64,000 nt of DNA from an uncultured Eubacteriales bacterium (GTDB lineage Bacteria > Bacillota > Clostridia > Oscillospirales > JAKOTC01). How positions within the stretch are numbered: position 1 is the first letter of the stretch; every line of letters starts with the position of its first letter. The notes beneath the pieces were generated by a model. It was not told where the DNA came from. It did no database searches and saw only the letters and a list, made by a program, of their open reading frames with translations. Location: NCBI GenBank assembly GCA_964587625.1, contig CAZPLU010000010.1, forward strand, positions 2,135-66,134. Reading direction: 5' to 3'. Shown here in pieces: positions 63,778 through 64,000 of the stretch. The translations under genes were made by a program, and so were the position numbers.

Positions 63778-64000
63778 GCGGCGATATATGCCGCGACAAA
63801 ACAGGGCAACCCCCCCGCAGGGTTGCCCTGTTTTGTCGCTCCCCGACCCGCAGGGCGGGTAGCCCATCCCTACCGAGGCGGCCCGAGGGCCGCCCCCCGT
63901 GACGGCCTGCGGCCCGTGGGCCGCATATAGATAGGCCGACACGGGCAATCATCCGGCACCACCGAGCGTACCACAGGCCAGACAAAACGCTGCTTTTGTC
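63778..64000. repeat. Cluster of GC-rich perfect hairpins (unassigned structured element, truncated by the window edge)
   Basis: - GCGGC-7-GCCGC at 63778-63794.
- A perfect 20-bp stem GCGACAAAACAGGGCAACCC / GGGTTGCCCTGTTTTGTCGC at 63793-63839.
- CCCGC-AGG-GCGGG at 63847-63859.
- GGCGGCCC-GA-GGGCCGCC at 63877-63894.
- GCGGCCC-GT-GGGCCGC at 63909-63924.
- GACAAAA-CGCTGC-TTTTGTC at 63981-64000. Confidence 0.6.

Noticed and set aside
63595-63985. Minus-strand ORFs of 117 and 87 aa across the terminal hairpin cluster.
   Set aside because: They translate to Gly/Pro/Arg/Ala-rich strings that simply mirror GC-rich palindromes. They have no SD and overlap each other out of frame.

Overview
This is a moderately GC-rich 64-kb window from an endospore-forming Firmicute of the class Clostridia. 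The taxonomic call rests on PolC, SpoIVA, the complete spoIIIAA-AH operon and CwlD. All family calls were made by eye from the translations and from memory of motifs; no searches were run.

Most of the window is conserved housekeeping sequence in classic Firmicute synteny:
- ackA, pyrH, frr, uppS, cdsA, dxr, rseP, ispG, polC
- a SipL-like gene followed by spoIVA
- hom and one tRNA-Leu(CAA)
- yajC, lon, engB, murC
- spoIIIAA-AH, nusB, xseA, xseB, ispA, dxs, tlyA, nadK, argR, recN
- tyrS, lysA, cwlD, radA

There is no rRNA, CRISPR array, transposase, integrase or recognisable defence system.

The non-core content is limited:
- A SCIFF ranthipeptide precursor and its radical SAM maturase (28.5-30.9 kb). 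This is a known family, but the locus has some unusual features.
- A small protein whose N-terminus resembles the RRXRR/PLMP module of HNH/IscB nucleases but has no nuclease domains (14.9-15.4 kb).
- A zinc-ribbon membrane protein with nine repeats of about 41 residues.
- An islet of an AraC regulator, a URO-D-like gene and a second acetate kinase (34.7-38.2 kb), bordered by a dispersed GTCAT...GGATCTCGG palindromic repeat family.
- A CobA/BtuR-like protein that lacks the P-loop.
- An APH(3')-like kinase gene.
- A lower-GC efflux adaptor and FtsX-permease pair with no ATPase gene between them, followed at the right edge by a dense cluster of GC-rich perfect hairpins (63.78-64.0 kb) that I cannot assign and that is cut by the window end.

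I also saw several small tandem duplications and near-consensus sigma-A promoters. I did not find convincing evidence of a complete novel multi-gene system. The best candidates for follow-up are the truncated hairpin cluster, the orphan PLMP-like protein and the SCIFF locus.
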